A stretch of 64,000 nucleotides of DNA from the human T2T-CHM13v2.0 reference genome, Homo sapiens. The notes below the pieces were generated by a model, which searched no databases, was not told the DNA's origin, and saw only the letters and a program-made list of their open reading frames with translations. This document shows, in pieces, positions 60,816 to 64,000 of the stretch. Numbering within the stretch: position 1 is the first letter of the stretch; every line of letters begins with the position of its first letter. The stretch lies in NCBI RefSeq assembly GCF_009914755.1, contig NC_060929.1; one strand, written 5' to 3'. The position numbers were made by a program, and so were the translations under genes.

Positions 60816-61650
60816 CAGAAATAGCCCTGGCTCCATTTCCAGAATCTGTCCCAGCAACTTCCGCTCCTAACGTCGAAATGAAAACAGAATCCAGCTAATT
60901 GAAGAGAACCACCCCAAATATCCTGGCTCAAGCTGTGCTGAGTCAGGCCAGACTGACAACCTCAGGACAGCCTTCTTTTCTGTTCCCTTGGAAGACATTT
61001 GGTCCTCGAAAGACTTTTAACCTTTTGAACTTCAGCTGGGAAGGATGAACTGCTTCACACTGAACCCAGAAGGGAGGCAAACTGCTGCACCAGCAAACCA
61101 GGCTGAAAGAAGGCCAAAGGGCAAAGCCAGCCCTGCTCACCCCACCCCACACACAGGATGGGGGAGAACTGGAACATCGGCAGCAGTGCCGGCAGTGATC
61201 TCCTTCACCTTCAACAGGCAGCACCTGCTCTGATGAGAACCTGGGATTTGGAGGAAGGGGTGATATCTCATACAACTATTGTGGGCTTTAGCTTCCCGTA
61301 GAATTGTGGATGTGCACATAAGGACTGACACGCTGTACTCGGCTCTGATCCCGCATTCATCTGTGTACCCAGGACGTTAGTAGTATTGGACTCTATGCAG
61401 ACTATGTGATCTTGTGCAGAGCCTGAGTTGTCTTGGTTTTCTCCTCATCTAATTTCTCAAATACTTCATTGAATAACAATTTAAAGGGGCCTAGCAGGTG
61501 CCAGGTAATGAGCTTGGGGCTGGAGAGCAGTAAGAGCCAGTTCCTGTTCTCAAGCAACTCACTCGGTGGGGCAAACCACACATTCCGCAAGAGCTTGCAC
61601 TCACGCTCAGGAGATCACATTTAAAATCAAGAAAGCCCAGTCAAGGTATG

Positions 61651-62409
61651 TGGTATGGTTTAGACCTGTGTCCTGCCCAAACTTCACGTCGAATTGAAGT
61701 CCCCAGTGTTGGAGGTGGGGCCTGGTGGGAGATGACTGGATCATGGGGGTGGTTTTCTCATGGTTTAACACCATCTCCCTTGGTGCTGTTCTCATGATAA
61801 TGAGTTCTCATGAGATCTGGTGATTTAAAAGTGTATAGTAAGGCCAGGCACAGTGGCTCATGCCTGTAATCCCAACACTTTGGGAGGCCGAGGCGGGTGG
61901 ATCATTTGAGGTCATGAGTTCAAGACCAGCCTGGCCAACATGGTAAAACCCCACCTCTACTAAAAAATAAAATAAAATACAAAATACAAAAATTAGCTGG
62001 GAGTGGTGGCAGGTGCCTGTAGTCCCAGCTACTCAGGAGGATGAGTCAGGAGAATCACTTGAACTCAGGAGGTGGAGGCTGCAATGAGCCAAGACTGCAC
62101 CACTGCACTACAGCCTTGGTGAAAGAGCGAGACTGTCTCAAAAAAAAAAAAAAAAAAAAAAAAAAAAGAAACTGTGTAGTACATTCCCCCTTACTCTCTC
62201 TTGCTCCTGTTCCTGTCATGTGAGACAACTGCTCCCCTTTCGTCTTTCACAATGATGGTAAGCTTCCTGAAACCTCCCCAGAAGCTGAGCAGATGCCAGC
62301 ATCATGCTCCCTCCACAGCCTGCAAAACAGTGAGCCAATTAAACTTCTTTTCTTTATAAATTATCCAGTCTCGGGTATTTCTATAGCAATGTGAGAACAG
62401 ACTAATATA
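61651..62409 (+). mobile_element. MST MaLR LTR interrupted by an Alu
   Basis: tggtatggtttagacctgtgtcc...gagccaattaaacttcttttctttataaatt...actaatata. Confidence 0.92.
61842..62167 (+). mobile_element. Alu (AluS)
   Basis: Full Alu; degenerate TSD aaa(g/c)tgt(a/g)tagta. Confidence 0.96.
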
Positions 62410-63120
62410 ACATGCCTGCCTGACTGCCCAAATTCTAAATGTCTGTTTCTGTCTGCCCCACAAGTTCCAACACATTCCTTTTCAGCTAAGACACAGAAAC
62501 GGGAGCTAAAAGGTAATCTATTATACCATTAGTACCAAAATCGGGTGCAGAGCTTCAGGTCTGACCAGAAAGTGAGTCTAGTCTAGGAGAAAGGAGCAGA
62601 TAACACCACACAGGAGGAGGTGGCATGAGGTTGTGAGGCTCAACTGTGGCCCCTGCGTGCCTAGTCCCTAGCACTAGTTCCTAGTGCTCAAGTGCCTCTG
62701 TGAGACTCCAGGGGCATTTTTAATCAATGTATGATCTGATGCTCCAAAAGTCTGAGGCTACTTAATTGCAGCACTGTGACCTAGGTGGCTGGACCACCAG
62801 GAAGTACCCAAGAATCCCCCAATCCACTAAGGGGGATGAGCCTCCACACTCGGGGAGCCTTCCATCCCAGATAGTGACCCCAGGATGCTAGAAAGAGCAC
62901 ACTGATTTAGCCACTTTGCTTTTCTTTGCCATCCTACTTTGCTACAGTTTTCAATAAACTTCAGTACCTCGCAGTAAGTTGGACCTAAAGAAGAATTTAG
63001 CAATGTAAGTGGAATTCATAGAGGCAGAGTTGCACTGCTGAGAGGGACACCTGCAAGTGAATCAGGTTAGATTGCTCCCAGACATACACTACTCCCCGTC
63101 ACCACCTAAATGTCATCACT

Positions 63121-63178
63121 GAAATGAAACACAGAAACACACTCGTGAAATCATAGATTTATATCTTTGCCATTTATT
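63121..63178 (-). terminator. Cleavage/polyadenylation signal
   Basis: AATAAA on minus strand at 63173-63178, followed ~25-55 nt downstream by GU/U-rich tttcacgagtgtgtttctgtgtttcatttc. Confidence 0.75.
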
Positions 63179-64000
63179 TTTTAAAATCTTATTCAAAATA
63201 TTAAATAATAGTTTCAGATATGAAAAAAATTACTGCAATAAAACGGTTCAGGGGTATTTCCATTGTGCTTCCCTTCCCTATTAGGAAAGTACACTGTCCG
63301 CCCAAGAGACAGGATGGACGGCCTTCTTCCAGCTCTACATAAAGCGCAAGCCCACTGGCTCACCCGGGTCCTGCTTAACATATATTAGGGCTATGTTTTC
63401 TAAAAAGCTGTAGTGACACTTGTAAGTCAACCATGGTTCAAATCACATATTTACATATTGATCAATTCTTTATGATAGAAAGACAGACATAAATGAATCC
63501 CATAGTAAATACTTTCCAGTTGCCATAAAAAACAAAAACAAAGAAAACAAGTGTGGGGGAAAAAAGGTAATTGTACACAAATATCCTTTATGTATACAAA
63601 CAACTTCATTCAGGTATAATTTTAATTTGAAAGACCTAGGTACAGTATTATTTAAGTGATAATGACCCCTAAGATTTATTCAAATTTACTGTAAAATAAT
63701 AAACGAAGTAAACGAATCTGATATAATTTTAAACTCTGCCCATTGCTTGAAACCTTGGAGGAACCCATGCTACAATCAATTGCTAACTAAAAGCAATTGT
63801 ACATGTATTTAACATTTTACCAGTTTCTGCTTCTAAATTTAATATAGTAATTCCAACCAAAAAAATAGTATCTCTGTAACATTTTATCTATGTCCACTGC
63901 AAGCTGCAGAGTCTCTGTTGCCAAGATTTCTTGACACATTTAATGTTTTACCTAAAATTGTGGTCAGATTGAGCAATATCATTATCCTAAATTATGTTTA
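63150..64000 (-). other. Distal 3'UTR of an unidentified minus-strand gene extending beyond the window
   Basis: Abrupt shift to repeat-free AT-rich sequence; minus strand has U-rich tracts, UGUA elements and a Pumilio motif TGTAAATA (~63448-63455), ending at the polyA signal. Confidence 0.7.

Overview
Primate, almost certainly human, genomic DNA. It is largely intergenic and rich in Alu, MIR, L2, L1 and MaLR/ERVL repeats. I find no credible protein-coding exon: the ORF track is explained by Alus, a 20-bp VNTR and chance. The last ~850 bp look like the terminal 3'UTR of a minus-strand gene, with AATAAA at 63173-63178 and a GU-rich downstream element. The rest of the window would be its downstream flank, with several repeat-free, TAAT-rich blocks resembling developmental enhancers. 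The most unusual signals are: (1) two ungapped inverted duplications of ancient repeat DNA (279 bp at ~87% and 115 bp at ~91%); (2) a 150-bp perfectly identical tract shared by two otherwise different Alus 3.9 kb apart, suggesting gene conversion; (3) a tailless 5'-half tRNA-Ile(TAT) retrocopy with degraded target-site duplications; (4) a ~52-copy 20-bp VNTR with higher-order structure and a 440-codon open frame; and (5) several template-switch-like palindromes and micro-duplications. Repeat family calls come from recalled consensus sequences and their boundaries are approximate. Identities were counted by hand.
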